Below are positions 16,548 to 27,600 of a stretch of 39,692 nt of DNA, one piece after another. Position 1 is the stretch's first letter. Every line of letters starts with the position of its first letter. Under the pieces are notes generated by a model that worked only from the letters and a program-made list of their open reading frames with translations, was not told the DNA's origin and ran no database searches. The translations under genes were made by a program, and so were the position numbers. The DNA comes from a virus (taxonomy: Duplodnaviria; Caudoviricetes). Location of the stretch: the IMG/VR virus record IMGVR_UViG_3300044674_003315, positions 1 through 39,692 of that record; one strand, written 5' to 3'.

Positions 16548-16624
16548 GTACTTAAATCACTCCAGAGGTTTAAGTACTTAAATCACTCCAGAGGTTTAAG
16601 TACTTAAATCACTCCAGAGGTTTA
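16548..16624. repeat. 26-bp tandem repeat x3 (GTACTTAAATCACTCCAGAGGTTTAA)
   Basis: Read directly; no spacers between units. Confidence 0.95.
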
Positions 16625-16915
16625 TAGTGAATGGTTTTTAGGATAAGTGATTCCTGGGAGCATCTACACCTACAATACCTACTTTCCCTACAATTGGCGA
16701 AGGGATGGTAGGATCTCTGAGCACATGCGTGGAGATTGGGAGCCCCGATTTCCACGCGTTTATCACATAGAGAGGGCTCTGTTTGTTGTGCTTTCATAGG
16801 CCCTAGTCCCTCGCCGACAAAGCCGACAGAAGCCCTTTTGTCAGTTTTGTCAGTACCCCCCCCTAGGCACATTTGAAGAACACCCAAGCCAAGCCCTTGT
16901 TTTACAGTGTTAAAA

Positions 16916-16943
16916 TGGTCGGGGCGGCGGGATTCGAACCCGC
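16916..16943 (-). other. attP core: 3' end (T-arm to CCA) of a tRNA, probably tRNA-Pro
   Basis: Minus strand GCGGGTTCGAATCCCGCCGCCCCGACCA: a GGTTCGAATCC T-loop and a CCGACCA end typical of tRNA-Pro. The 5' half is absent, and it lies about 500 bp from int. Confidence 0.8.
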
Positions 16944-17112
16944 TATTTAGACTGCACCAGGCTGCGTGATACTAAGCAAGGCCGCCTGTATGGCAGGATT
17001 AGCGAGTTGTTCCTTTCTCGTCCATTCCCGAGCTATAATTATTTTGAAGAACAAACGCAGAACACTAAACCAGAAGCCCAACGACCGAGTTGCACGGCTA
17101 CTAGATACTGGG

Positions 17113-17216
17113 CGGGGCACATGGGGCAGATGTGGGCCCATTTCCCCATTAGTTGTACATGTGTGCGCGCGTAGAAACAAAAGGGAGAATCACCCGTATC
17201 TGCCCCATGTGCCCCG
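17113..17216. repeat. 19-bp perfect inverted repeat CGGGGCACATGGGGCAGAT
   Basis: 17113-17131 and 17198-17216. Confidence 0.9.
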
Positions 17217-17233
17217 GATTAGCTCTTCAAATA

Positions 17234-17265
17234 GGGAGGACGGATTCTTCGAAATCTATCCTCCC
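17234..17265 (-). terminator. Possible terminator hairpin after the lysis genes
   Basis: GGGAGGA-cgGATT-cttcga-AATCta-TCCTCCC stem; the U tract is weak. Confidence 0.4.
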
Positions 17266-17301
17266 CTCTATCTCTTGGTGTACTAGGGGGGGGGGAATGG
17301 T

Positions 17302-17595
17302 TTAGCGCTTCTGTTTGCTGAGTTCGATGCGCGCTTGCGCCAACTCAATGAGCCTCTCCGCTGTCACGCCCACTAAAAATCCGCTGGCCGCTATTGTTTC
17401 AGTCGCAGGGACAGAGAACCAATTAGATAGCAGTTGGCCAATAAATCCCCCCAAAAAGACTGCGCATGAGACCCCCACAACGAACCGTACAAGCCAACGC
17501 TTTATGCATTTTTCAGGGGATAATATTAGCCGCGCTAGGCTTCCAAAAAAGCCACTCACCAACAACACCGCCACCTCTTTAGGTTCATCAATCAT
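17302..17595 (-). CDS. Holin-like membrane protein
   Basis: 97 aa, 2-3 hydrophobic segments and a basic C-terminus; adjacent to the lysin candidate. Confidence 0.65.
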   Translation of the reverse strand: MIDEPKEVAVLLVSGFFGSLARLILSPEKCIKRWLVRFVVGVSCAVFLGGFIGQLLSNWFSVPATETIAASGFLVGVTAERLIELAQARIELSKQKR

Positions 17596-17598
17596 AAG

Positions 17599-18222
17599 CT
17601 ATAAATATCGCCGCGAAACGATCAGGTTGCCCCGCCTTCGCTCTTGTTCTGCGATCAGCAGGTAAGGGAAACAACGAACTCGTTGCCCCCAATCGTTCCG
17701 CCGCCTGGTGTTCTTGTATTGATGCAACAGGCTATACATTAGGGGCCTCAACGTCTTCAGGAAGACGTTTCGAGGAGTTGTCTGACAACCTAGAGACGAC
17801 GTCCCCGAGTAGCCGCCTCGATGCCAGTTTATTGCATGCCACCCCTTATCCTCATAGGGGCCGCTGTCCCCGTCCCGCAAGACCGTGAACGGCTCGCATT
17901 GCCGGAACGCAAGCGTGCCGCGATGCGTTCCGGTGCCAAAGATATGCATACCCGTCTTAAGCACCGCCATCCCTTTCCGGCTCCCATAGCCGCTTCCTGT
18001 CCGGTATCGACTCGGATCAGTATTACCCTGAAAGCGCGCGATCCCATCCGGCCAGACGATGAACTGCGCATCATCATAGATACCGCGATCATTGCGGCCA
18101 GGCTTCCCCATGGAATCGAGATAGTAGCCGCGAACCGCCACAACCGCGACCCGATCCTGGTTCACCCCGTTAGCTTCCAATATGCCACGAATCTTCTTTT
18201 CTTGCAGTTGGGGCGTCTTCAC
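17599..18222 (-). CDS. Putative endolysin (His/Cys, L,D-transpeptidase-like motif)
   Basis: VAVRGY, NDRGIYDDA, NTDPS and INWHRGG...SSLGCQT motifs; lysis-cassette context. Confidence 0.65.
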   Translation of the reverse strand: MKTPQLQEKKIRGILEANGVNQDRVAVVAVRGYYLDSMGKPGRNDRGIYDDAQFIVWPDGIARFQGNTDPSRYRTGSGYGSRKGMAVLKTGMHIFGTGTHRGTLAFRQCEPFTVLRDGDSGPYEDKGWHAINWHRGGYSGTSSLGCQTTPRNVFLKTLRPLMYSLLHQYKNTRRRNDWGQRVRCFPYLLIAEQERRRGNLIVSRRYL

Positions 18223-18470
18223 TTGCCGCTGTCCTGTAGGTTATTGATCAGCAAAAGCCTCGCCAATTCGAATGCGCTATAGAATCGCTGCTCTTCCCGG
18301 AAGGTGATGACACCCTCTTTCGTTTTGTATTCCGTACCTGCCTTAAGAGTGAGCACCGGAGGCGCGTACATGGCGGAGGAGTTCAAGGCGCGCTTGTCTG
18401 CGTGACTGCAGCTCGCGAATAGTGAGCAGATCAGAAGGGCAGGGGTTAACAGATAGCGATGCAATTTCAT
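18219..18470 (-). CDS. Lipoprotein, putative o-spanin
   Basis: Signal peptide with lipobox FASC; overlaps the upstream gene in another frame. Confidence 0.6.
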   Translation of the reverse strand: MKLHRYLLTPALLICSLFASCSHADKRALNSSAMYAPPVLTLKAGTEYKTKEGVITFREEQRFYSAFELARLLLINNLQDSGK

Positions 18471-18582
18471 CCTCGAGGCCTTCAATGCTTGTTAAAATCA
18501 AAAGTTCGTAACTAACAATACGCCACTCAATCCAGCGCGTGAGCAACCCAAAGAGCGCTTTCGCGCTCGCTAGCAGACCCAT
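18343..18582 (-). CDS. Putative i-spanin
   Basis: Hydrophobic N-terminus plus helical C-terminus; overlapped Rz/Rz1-like layout. Confidence 0.5.
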   Translation of the reverse strand: MGLLASAKALFGLLTRWIEWRIVSYELLILTSIEGLEDEIASLSVNPCPSDLLTIRELQSRRQARLELLRHVRASGAHS

Positions 18583-18779
18583 TATTTCGCTCCCGCCTGC
18601 TCGGAAGAAACGTTGTTATCGCGAGCCGCCACCCCTACGCCCCCGATGCCGAGAGCCGCAAAGAAACTGCCTAAATCGAAAATTGTGGAAGCATCGCCGT
18701 CAAATAACGCAATGAGCTGAGGAATAGCAATGGCCGCCGCACTAAGGATGCCAAGTAAAGAAGTCGTCCAGGATTTCAT
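18582..18779 (-). CDS. Small two-TM holin-like protein
   Basis: MKSWTTSLLGIL...GVAARDNNVSSEQAGAK, two hydrophobic segments. Confidence 0.65.
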   Translation of the reverse strand: MKSWTTSLLGILSAAAIAIPQLIALFDGDASTIFDLGSFFAALGIGGVGVAARDNNVSSEQAGAK

Positions 18780-18848
18780 TTTGTTCTAGTTGGTTGGTTG
18801 TTATTAGACTGCAGTTTTTGCGGAGCTTGATAGTTAGCGAAATGGTCG

Positions 18849-19970
18849 CTAGGCGGCATACCACCCTTTACCGGTTCTCTGGTCCATAAGCCCTAGAAAG
18901 TATTTCTCGTACTGTGGTGCAATGGCCTCCAGGGTATAGCGTTCACCACGCTTCCTGCAGGCAGCAGGATCAATCTCGGCCACTCCCTCAACAGCCTCAA
19001 CGAATTCTCGAAACGTATTGCATCGGAACCCCACGCTTTCATCGTTGACTTCCGCATAAGCGCCCCAATTAGACGTGATCAGGGGAGTGCCTGAAAGCAG
19101 GGCTTGCACCTGAGTGCCCCCGAAGGGCTCCAGGTATTTCCCTGGGAGAATCAGAGCATGCGCTTTCGAGAAGGCTTGTCTCCGTGTCTCAATATCAGCG
19201 TACCCTTTCCAGTGGATAAGACTAGTCGGCCCGTTGGCCTTCTCATAATCTGCTTTGAATTCGTCCATCCCTTGCCCATAAACATGAAGCGGACGCCCCG
19301 CTTTCTCAGCTACCTGAATAGCAATGTCAGCTCCCTTGGCATCTCCTACCCTGGCCAAAAAGAGCAGATAATCCTCCTTCTCTTCACAGTAGCGATACTC
19401 ATCAGTATCAAAGTAATTGGGGATGACAGTATTCTGCCAGGACATATAGCCGATGCGTGCCCCGTCTAGACCATAGTAGGCATGCATAAGAGCGTGAGAC
19501 TCAAAAACTTTGTATGGTGCATAGTGCCCTGAGCTGTAGCCGATCCCAGGCTCGACCACGATCATATCAGAGTGCGCCTGAGCTATCGGTTTCAGGCCAT
19601 TCCAGAATGGGAGGAGGAAATCAGTGCAGGGTTCATTCGTCCAGAGTTTGCCTGCTCGCTTTTCCCATAGGGCCGCATTCGCTCGCCGATAGTATTCCTG
19701 ATAGGCCTCATCCTCGTGGCTGAAACTGAAAAGGTGAGTCTTCCAATCATGTTCCCCGTAAACCCTGTTAAATGTCTCCCTGGTAATCACGTCAACATGC
19801 TCTGAGCACTCAACATCCGAGTCAGGATGCCCGTAGTGGATGACGTGATGCCCACGCTCATGCATCATGCGGCAGAATAGACGGGCCTTTTGCGTGTAGG
19901 CACAGGCACAGAAATCTGCATTAGTGATGGTGTGAGGAACTCCGAGAACGTGCAGCCTATATTTCATCAT
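18849..19970 (-). CDS. GT-B (GT4-like) glycosyltransferase
   Basis: [18 protein letters not shown] and [18 protein letters not shown] donor-binding motif. Confidence 0.88.
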   Translation of the reverse strand: MMKYRLHVLGVPHTITNADFCACAYTQKARLFCRMMHERGHHVIHYGHPDSDVECSEHVDVITRETFNRVYGEHDWKTHLFSFSHEDEAYQEYYRRANAALWEKRAGKLWTNEPCTDFLLPFWNGLKPIAQAHSDMIVVEPGIGYSSGHYAPYKVFESHALMHAYYGLDGARIGYMSWQNTVIPNYFDTDEYRYCEEKEDYLLFLARVGDAKGADIAIQVAEKAGRPLHVYGQGMDEFKADYEKANGPTSLIHWKGYADIETRRQAFSKAHALILPGKYLEPFGGTQVQALLSGTPLITSNWGAYAEVNDESVGFRCNTFREFVEAVEGVAEIDPAACRKRGERYTLEAIAPQYEKYFLGLMDQRTGKGWYAA

Positions 19971-21613
19971 GTGAGTAAGCCAAGCAGATTGTATCCTGTT
20001 GCTGTCCCCTCATAAACCTTCTTAGTGTTCTTGTCTACGTAGAGCCCCGTGCCATTCCCAGTAGGTGGCAAAGAACTGGTTTCAAGTCCCATCCCTGTTG
20101 GCCCCATGGCTCCAGTGTCACCTTGGCTCCCTTGTGGTCCTGTGAGCCCAGTGTCGCCTTGAGCCCCTCCGGTGTCCTCTGTCCATGTGGGTGTGCCATC
20201 AGTGGCCACGTGTAAATTGTAGTCCTGCGCCTGGGCACCACCTGCAGGAGTGTCAGGACAATCGCAAACACATTCCCCTGTATCCCCCTTGCTTCCTTGT
20301 GGTCCCGTTAGCCCAGTGGGCCCCTGTAAGCCTGTTTCTCCTTTGCTTCCTTGTGCCCCACCTGGGCCTTGTGGTCCCGTTAGCCCAGTGGGCCCCTGTA
20401 AGCCAGTGGCTCCTTGTGGCCCTACTGGCCCTACTGGGCCTCGTGGCCCTGTCAGGCCGGTGGCACCAGTCGCCCCCTGCACTCCAGTGGCTCCTTGTGG
20501 CCCTACTGCTCCACCTGGCCCCATTGGGCCTTGTACGCCTGTCTCTCCTGTCTCTCCTGTGTCTCCTTTGCTTCCTTGTGCCCCACCTGGGCCTCGTGGC
20601 CCTGTCAGGCCGGTGGCACCAGTCGCCCCTTGTGTTCCGGTATCCCCCTTGCTTCCTTGTGGGCCTGCTGGGCCGATTGCGCCTTGTATTCCAGTGGCCC
20701 CTTGTGTTCCGGTATCCCCCTTGCTCCCTTGTGGGCCTGCTGGGCCTTGTGGGCCTGTTAGTCCAGTGGCTCCTTGAGTCGCTGCTGGCCCTGGTGCCCC
20801 TTGTGGCCCTGTTAATCCTGTGTTTCCTTGTGGCCCCTGCACTCCAGTGGCCCCTTGAGTCGATGCTGGCCCTGGTGCCCCTTGTGGGCCTACAGAACCT
20901 TGTGGCCCCTGCACTCCAGTGGCACCAGGCAGGCCGATGCCAGTGGCACCTTGTGGCCCTTGTGCTCCTTGAGGCCCTTGTGGCCCTTGTGGCCCTTGTG
21001 CTCCTTGTGGCCCTGGTGCCCCTGCCACCCCTGGAACCCCTGCTGCTCCATTGGCACCAGGCAGGCCGATGCCAATGTCACCTTTTGGCCCAGTGGCACC
21101 TTGCACTCCTTGTGCTCCTTGTGGCCCTGTCAGACCCTGGAGGCCTTGTGAACCTGGTGCCCCTGTCAGGCCGGTGGCACCAACTGTCCCGGTATCTCCT
21201 GGCAAGCCTGCCAGCCCAGTGGCCCCAGTGGCCCCTACAGCCAGCGTCGAGCGTCTAACATACTCTTCTAGAAAAGTCCGGTGAAGATCTTGCATGGCGA
21301 GAATCGTATTATCGTGATTCTCTTCGGCAGTGTCTGCGCTCAGCTTATCCCCTTCCTCGTAGGCGTATGGCTGGAGGATAGGCGTCAGCCTCTCAACTCT
21401 CACTGTGGACGTTGTGGGAATCGCCGCGTCGATGATTACGTAGCCGCCGCTCTCTTCGCCAGCGCCGATGACGGAGTGATTCCCAACGTAAGCAATGTTG
21501 TCCACAAGCACCCTAATATGCCCAGGGCTAAGGAACTTGAACGGCAGCGCATACTGAGAGCCAGTCGCGCCCGTTCCAACGTACTGTTGGTATGTTTCCT
21601 GAGTTGCTATCAT
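19967..21613 (-). CDS. Collagen-like tail fibre with T7-gp17-like N-terminal anchor
   Basis: N-terminal YALPFKFL...IRVLVD...VERLTP adaptor pattern, roughly 100 Gly-X-Y triplets, and a CVCDC motif. Confidence 0.85.
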   Translation of the reverse strand: MIATQETYQQYVGTGATGSQYALPFKFLSPGHIRVLVDNIAYVGNHSVIGAGEESGGYVIIDAAIPTTSTVRVERLTPILQPYAYEEGDKLSADTAEENHDNTILAMQDLHRTFLEEYVRRSTLAVGATGATGLAGLPGDTGTVGATGLTGAPGSQGLQGLTGPQGAQGVQGATGPKGDIGIGLPGANGAAGVPGVAGAPGPQGAQGPQGPQGPQGAQGPQGATGIGLPGATGVQGPQGSVGPQGAPGPASTQGATGVQGPQGNTGLTGPQGAPGPAATQGATGLTGPQGPAGPQGSKGDTGTQGATGIQGAIGPAGPQGSKGDTGTQGATGATGLTGPRGPGGAQGSKGDTGETGETGVQGPMGPGGAVGPQGATGVQGATGATGLTGPRGPVGPVGPQGATGLQGPTGLTGPQGPGGAQGSKGETGLQGPTGLTGPQGSKGDTGECVCDCPDTPAGGAQAQDYNLHVATDGTPTWTEDTGGAQGDTGLTGPQGSQGDTGAMGPTGMGLETSSLPPTGNGTGLYVDKNTKKVYEGTATGYNLLGLLT

Positions 21614-21624
21614 GCTCGCATCGT

Positions 21625-21640
21625 TGAGTTGACGTTAACA
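21625..21640 (+). promoter_or_regulatory. Conserved 16-mer, copy 2 (opposite orientation)
   Basis: TGAGTTGACGTTAACA in the 28-nt gap between two late genes. Confidence 0.6.
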
Positions 21641-21641
21641 A

Positions 21642-24600
21642 TTATTCAGCGCGTTGTCTAGCACGCTCTTTCTTTCCGGCTTCCTCAGAATCATCGAAGG
21701 TGTTATCTATCACATCGAAAAGCTGATCGAAGACGTTAGCCGCCACCGCCACCGGGACGGCCCGCTCAGAAAGCAGCGCCGAGGCGTTGGCTGTGGCCAC
21801 TGCGGTCCTTTCGATTCTTTCGATAGGAGTAGAACCGAGATCGCGCTTAAATATATCTTCCAGTAAAGTTGTAATTTGCCCGAGCGCCCGATCTAACCCA
21901 TCCAACGGGCCGCCCTTAAAGCTCGACACGACATCGCGCACAAGCGGGAAGCCTTCCAGGGGGGCAAAGGACATTGCCCTCAGCGCAGCCCAAGCGCTCC
22001 AATGCTTATCATCGAACAGTTCATAGTCGTCGTCATCGCGCATATCCCACCAGGCCGAACGAATCAAATAGGCCATGCCGCCCGCGAGAACATTGGTAAA
22101 CATGGCCGCGCGCCAGAAATCTTTATCGCGCAGGATTTCCTTGGCCCGAGTTCGCTTTCTGCTTTGACGTGGAGCCATCGCGCGCCGCAGAGGCTCCAAT
22201 ACCATTGCGGCATTCTTGCGAGCATCGCTGGCAAACAACAGGAAGTAACGAGCAAAGGCATCGGGCTGCAGCTCCGTTAGGCTCTTGTCGGTAGACTCGA
22301 CGGGTTGAGCAGTCCGCCTGACCACGTCTTCAGCTTCGCGCATGGCTTGCGCCTTGGCAGTCGTCTCAGGCATGCCCGCCTCTGTCAGTTGCCTCAAGTG
22401 ATAATCGTAAGCAATCGCGCCAGACGCCGCTGTAAATCCGCCGTCCACCCGTCCTATGAGATCCATTAGCCAAAGCTCTCCTTGAGCCGCCCTTGTTGGC
22501 CGCCGATCCATGACCCGCGAAGCCGCCGCCCGCTGAGCCGGAGAAGCGCCCGCCTCGATGCGGCGGCGGATCATCGGAGAGTTCAAGAATTCCCGGTAAT
22601 GTCCCTGGCCCGTCATCATCCGGGCAAAGCCCGCCCAGTACGCTTGCTGACCGATGCGCGCACTTGATGCCATGGCCGCTGTCGATTGCACCATGAGCGT
22701 CCCGAGCTTGCCCGCAAGAGCGATCCTGGCGAGTCGACCCTGCAAACGCTTGGCTTTGTCGGTCGCCTCATCTTTACCGGCTGGATTCTGTAGGCCGTTG
22801 GACTCCATGACCTCGATCCACTTCAAGACCTTGCCCGAAGCTTCCTCCCCGGCACTTGACTTAATAGCGCCCTTCACTGCGGGATGGCCGAAGACTCCCC
22901 GGAGTTCCCTTGTTAATTCGGCGAATGCCTGGAAGTGCTCGGACTGCGCAACGTGCGACGTGTAGACGCCGAGCGCCGAAACTATGCGAGGCTCAGCCCG
23001 ATGCGTCTTTCTGGTCTTCAGCGATCCGTTACGCATACCCCCGGTAGGCATGAGCCCTTCTCCGAAAGCATCCATTTCCCTGTCGGCTCCAATGTGCTCG
23101 AAGTTGCCGGGCGAGTAATTGCCTATCTGAGGCAGAGCCACACCATACATACGCGAGAAAACCCGGTTCATCGGCTCCCAGCCTTCCGCGTATTCGTTGA
23201 GCATCCATTGCCGGATCTGCTTCGCTTCTTTGCTTAGGCTTTCCTCGATGGCCGCCAAGACCTCTTGATCGTAGCCCCACTTCTCCAGATTCTCCGCGTA
23301 CTGATCCTGAAGGGAAAGGAGGGACACTGTAAGCGCTTCCGCTTCCGTAAGCTCCACAAGCTCAGGCGTGCCCGGCTCGTAGTCGCCCGGTAACGCGAAG
23401 AATTCCCGCTCGTTCTTGTTCGTCTCGAAGAGTTGCTTGAGCGCGCCGACATCCGCAGGAGTGAATCCTAACGTGGTCGCTTGTTGGCTGTCCTCTATGA
23501 CTCGCAGCGCGACGTCGACCGGAACACGTCGCCCTGTTTGGGCACGCGATCCGTCCTCATTGCTACCGCGCTTAATCGACACAGTTACCGCTGGCTTGTT
23601 GTTGAGATCCCACATCCATTGCATGGCGTCTAGCTGGGAGGCTTTCCCGCCGATGGCCTCTCGCACGACTCTTTCGAGTCGCTTATTCATCACGATCATA
23701 GCATCTGTCTTCTGCGCCTGCGCGTCGCCAACGGCCTCGTTCCATCGCTTCACCAAGGGATGATTGACCCCGAGTATAGCTTCCAGGGTTTGCACCCACG
23801 AAATAAAGCCCATCGCTGTATCGTCGAGGCGCTTCAGCTTAGAGTCCCGCTTCCTGATCTCTGCGAGCTTCTTTCTGACGGTAGGTTGCCCAAGCTTGCT
23901 GATGATCTCGGAGCGTAGATCAGCCACCTCTTTGAGCCGCTGCTCTTCGACCATCCGCCACTTGTTCCGGTTCTCGGTAAAGACAGACTGAGCTTGATAG
24001 AGTGCTTGAGCCAAGCCAGCCGCATCCATGTGAGTCAGTGCCCCACCGAACGCGTCAAGGATCTGCTCTTGCTCGAAGAGATCCGCCATCCGCTCAGCGC
24101 TCTCAATATTCTCTTCCTCTTGTTGGAGTGTCGCGACCTTCGCGCGCTCGGCTTCAATCTCGGCCTCAGTGAGACCCGCAACCTCGCGAACCTGATCGAA
24201 GAAACGATGCCCAGCTTCCCCCAGGTTACCAGAAGGACGCTCGCCGCCTTTCATCTTTGGCGTGGCTTTATCGAGAATGGTTGTGAGATCCTCGCGATAT
24301 TGCTCAACCAGGTAGCGCTCAAGCTCTCTGTCGGCTCGCTCTACCTTCTCCCTCAGGTGAGCCTCGCGCGCCTCATTGGTCCGAAGTTTCGCCATCTTCG
24401 AGAAGCCGCCAACCTTTGCGCGGATTTCCGCAGGTAAGCCTAACAATAGAGCATCGAGAGAACGAATGCCCGTTTCTAGATCCTTAGTCGCCGTATTCTT
24501 CTGTCGGCGTGGTAGCGTCGCGAGTTGCTCGGCCTCCCAAGCGTCCGCTTCTTTCTGGGCAATGCGTTTCGCGCTGGCGATTTCCTGTCTGGCAACCGAT

Positions 24601-27600
24601 AAGGATTCCTTATTAGTTGCCGCTTCCCGCATGGCGCGCTCGATCTCTTGCCAGAGAGCGTCAGGGGTAGGGGAGGCGATCAGGCCGGAATCGAAAGCGG
24701 ATTGCGCGACGATATCAGGAGCGCTACTAGCGTCCGTGCCGCCAAAGAGGTGACCAGGAATTGCATGCGAGCCATCATAGTCGCCATGCATGCCGCCGAA
24801 CCCTGGCCGCCTGGCTGCCCTTGAGCGCGAGAGAATATTGAGCCGCACAGGCCCCTTGCTCTTCAGCGCGAGGGATTCGATCAGGGGATTAGAGCGGAGG
24901 CTTGCTAAGTCTTCTTGCTCAAGAATTGGATTGGCTTCATGGATGCGCTCTACTCGCTCTTCGATATCTGCCGCCTTGCGGATCTGCTTCTCTTTGCGAA
25001 TGGCGTTCTTTGAAAGTGCTTTGCTGACGTTGTCTTCAGAGCGGAGAGAGGAAGCGAGATCGGAGAGGCGAGCACGTGAGCGCTCGAAGGCTTCAAGGCG
25101 CTCTTTCGGCGCGCGTGTGATTCCGGCGACGCGTTGGGCGACGCGCTCTAGGTATTCTTCGGAAGAGATAGAGAAGGATGAACCAAGTCCGGCCTTTGGT
25201 AAGGCGCCTGAAGTGTCGTCGATAAATTCCCACTCATGAAACATGGCCAAATCCTTAAGATTCGACTCTTGTTTCCTACTTAACTTGTCACCTTGAGCGT
25301 AAAGCTTATTACCCTTCTGCCTGACAGCAACCCACCCTTGATCAATGGCGATATCGAATGCTTGAAGATCATCGGAATGCTCTATCATAGCGGCGAGAGA
25401 GATGGCGTTTTCTCTCTCGCCCTCATTCTCAATTTCATCAAAATCAATTTCTGAAGGATCTCCCGTTTCCGGCCAATCTAAATCATTGTCCTTTAATATT
25501 TCATACAAGGAGTCTTGCGGCGACTCCCCAACAAGTTGCTCGTAAGCCTCTAGATTGTGAGTGTTGCCCTCGCCCACGGGAACAAGGAGCCCAGTTGGCC
25601 CCATCCATGCCTTGGTTCCCTCTACGTCGTAGGTTCCCCCGTTTAGAGAATCATCCTCGACATCAAACGCCCCATCGCCGCCCATTGTGGCGTCATCAGG
25701 AATAAGAGAGACCGAGAACGTAATTCCTTGATCTTGTACTCGTTGCGCTACTCGTTCCAGGTATTCTTCGGATGAGACGCTGAAGGCTTCTTGCGTTGCC
25801 GGGTTGCCATTCTCTTCTGTGATCTCAATATCGGCGTCATCGAAAATCACATAGTTATAAGAACCTTCCCCATCGGATCGGCTGTTGCCGTCTAGGTATT
25901 TGATTCCTTTAATGCCTGCTGCTGCTAGGGCTTCGGAGGCTTCCTTGCCTCCCCCTCTGGGAAGAAAGTCGCGGTAATACTCTGCCCCGTCCTTCCCTGA
26001 GAACTCGGCGGCTGCATCAATCGTCTCATACATTTTTTTCTCTTCCCTCTTCCACCTCTCGGAATCAATCCAACCCTCCTCCTTTGCCTTCTTCAGTAGA
26101 GCCACCTCCGCATCGAGATTTCGCTCCACGTAACCGATTGCCTTCCTAACTAACTCACTCTGCTCACTCAGCGGCTGGTCCCAGTCAAGTAGCTCGTCCT
26201 GCTCGACGTTGAGGTCTACGGTGTAGAGGGAGCCTTGTTTAATGTTTAATCGGCTTTGATTAAATGCCTCTAGCTCTGCAATGGCTTGTTTTACCACTGA
26301 CACACTGCCGTCGGTTCCGCGCAACTCGGCTCTGCGCTTAGCTTTAGAGAGTCTTTCCTTTAATTTCTTTAGCGCAACCTGCTTATTCCCATTGGTAGAC
26401 CTTAATGCAGCACCCGAAAGCGAGGAAAGTCCCGTAATCTCCCCCCAATCTTGAGGTGTTTTTTCCCCATCAATAGTGGCTATATTAGCAGATAAAGCTT
26501 TTTGGTATCCTTTAGCCACATCCTCACTCTCCGCAAAGTAAAGCCCCCATCCATACGCCTGAGCGCCTTCGCCCGTGCCAATGTTCTTGGTGCTAAACTT
26601 ATCTACTTCATGAGGAGTCCCGTGAAACGCAGATATAGAGAATGATGCCGGGCCAATGACCGAAACGTCTCCGCCCTCGATTAGTTGAGTTTCTGGTGTT
26701 GTTTGGATTTGCGTGCGCCCAACGCTAACATTGGCTCGCTTACTTGATTTGTTCCAAACTCCGGTGCCATCGGCCATCTTATTCCGAAGGGCCATTGCTG
26801 CATCGAGGTTGTCTTTGCGCACCGGGGCAATGGTGACCGTCGGACCGTCACCGGTAGGCGACTGCTCTGTCGAAATCGAGAACGCAATCCCATCAGCTTC
26901 CTCTTCCGCCGTTGGCGGAATGTAATCAGGGTCAGCCTCCTTAACAACCGCCTCATTATGCTGGCGTTGAGGCTCCAGGCCTAACAACTGATCCAAAAAC
27001 TCTTGCTCGTTCTCTAGCTTGCCTTCTGCCCTGGCTCGCTTGAGCGCCGCCGCTGCCTTGAAGACGTCCTTGAAAAACGCGCGCGCAGCCCGAAGGAACG
27101 CACGGAACTTCCCGAGCGCCTTAGCTTCCGCTGGCGATGCCGCTGAGCGAATCATTTCTTCCAAGCCTGCCGTGATCGCATTGCCTGGTAGTCGCTTGTC
27201 GCTCTTACGACGAGAGACGAAGTCAGCAACGGCGATCTCAGAAACCGCTTCCCGGATCGCGTCAGGCGTCGCTTCTCCTTTAATGAACTTCTCACCAGTC
27301 GCTTCCTCGATCCCTTGAACAAATGACAGGCTTTCGCCTTCCGTGATGGTTCCATTCGCGAGCAGCGCTCGAAAGCGCGCTTCTACCGTTTCATGGATCT
27401 GCGCTTTAATCCCGCCGCCTTGGAAGACTTGGGAGGCTAAAGTTGCAACGCCCTCGCGAGTCTCGACCACGTTCAGCCCATTCACCGCCGCGACGATCTC
27501 ACGACCTACGGCGCCCGCGTCGCCTGTCGCCAAAGCATCAAGCTCAGCCCGCATGGTTTCCATGGATCGCGGATCATCCAAGATTCGCGTGACTTCACCA

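Noticed and set aside
16548-16624. Mini CRISPR array
   Set aside because: The repeats are directly abutting with no spacers, and there are no cas genes.
16916-16943. Complete tRNA gene
   Set aside because: Only the T-arm and 3' acceptor strand are present; the upstream sequence gives no D or anticodon arm.
16609-17286. ORFs 16609-16887, 16947-17180 and 16966-17286 as real genes
   Set aside because: They are composed of repeat-derived peptides (TDKTDK, PHLPHVP) in the att region, with no operon coupling.
16856-17295. C8-TAG / CTA-G10 inverted pair as invertible-segment ends or phase-variable tracts
   Set aside because: This is a low-complexity 11-nt match, there is no invertase, and the tracts are not in a supported gene or promoter.
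20035-21284. Long alternative ORFs over the collagen gene (357 aa, 175 aa and others)
   Set aside because: They are shadows of stop-poor Gly-X-Y codon repeats.
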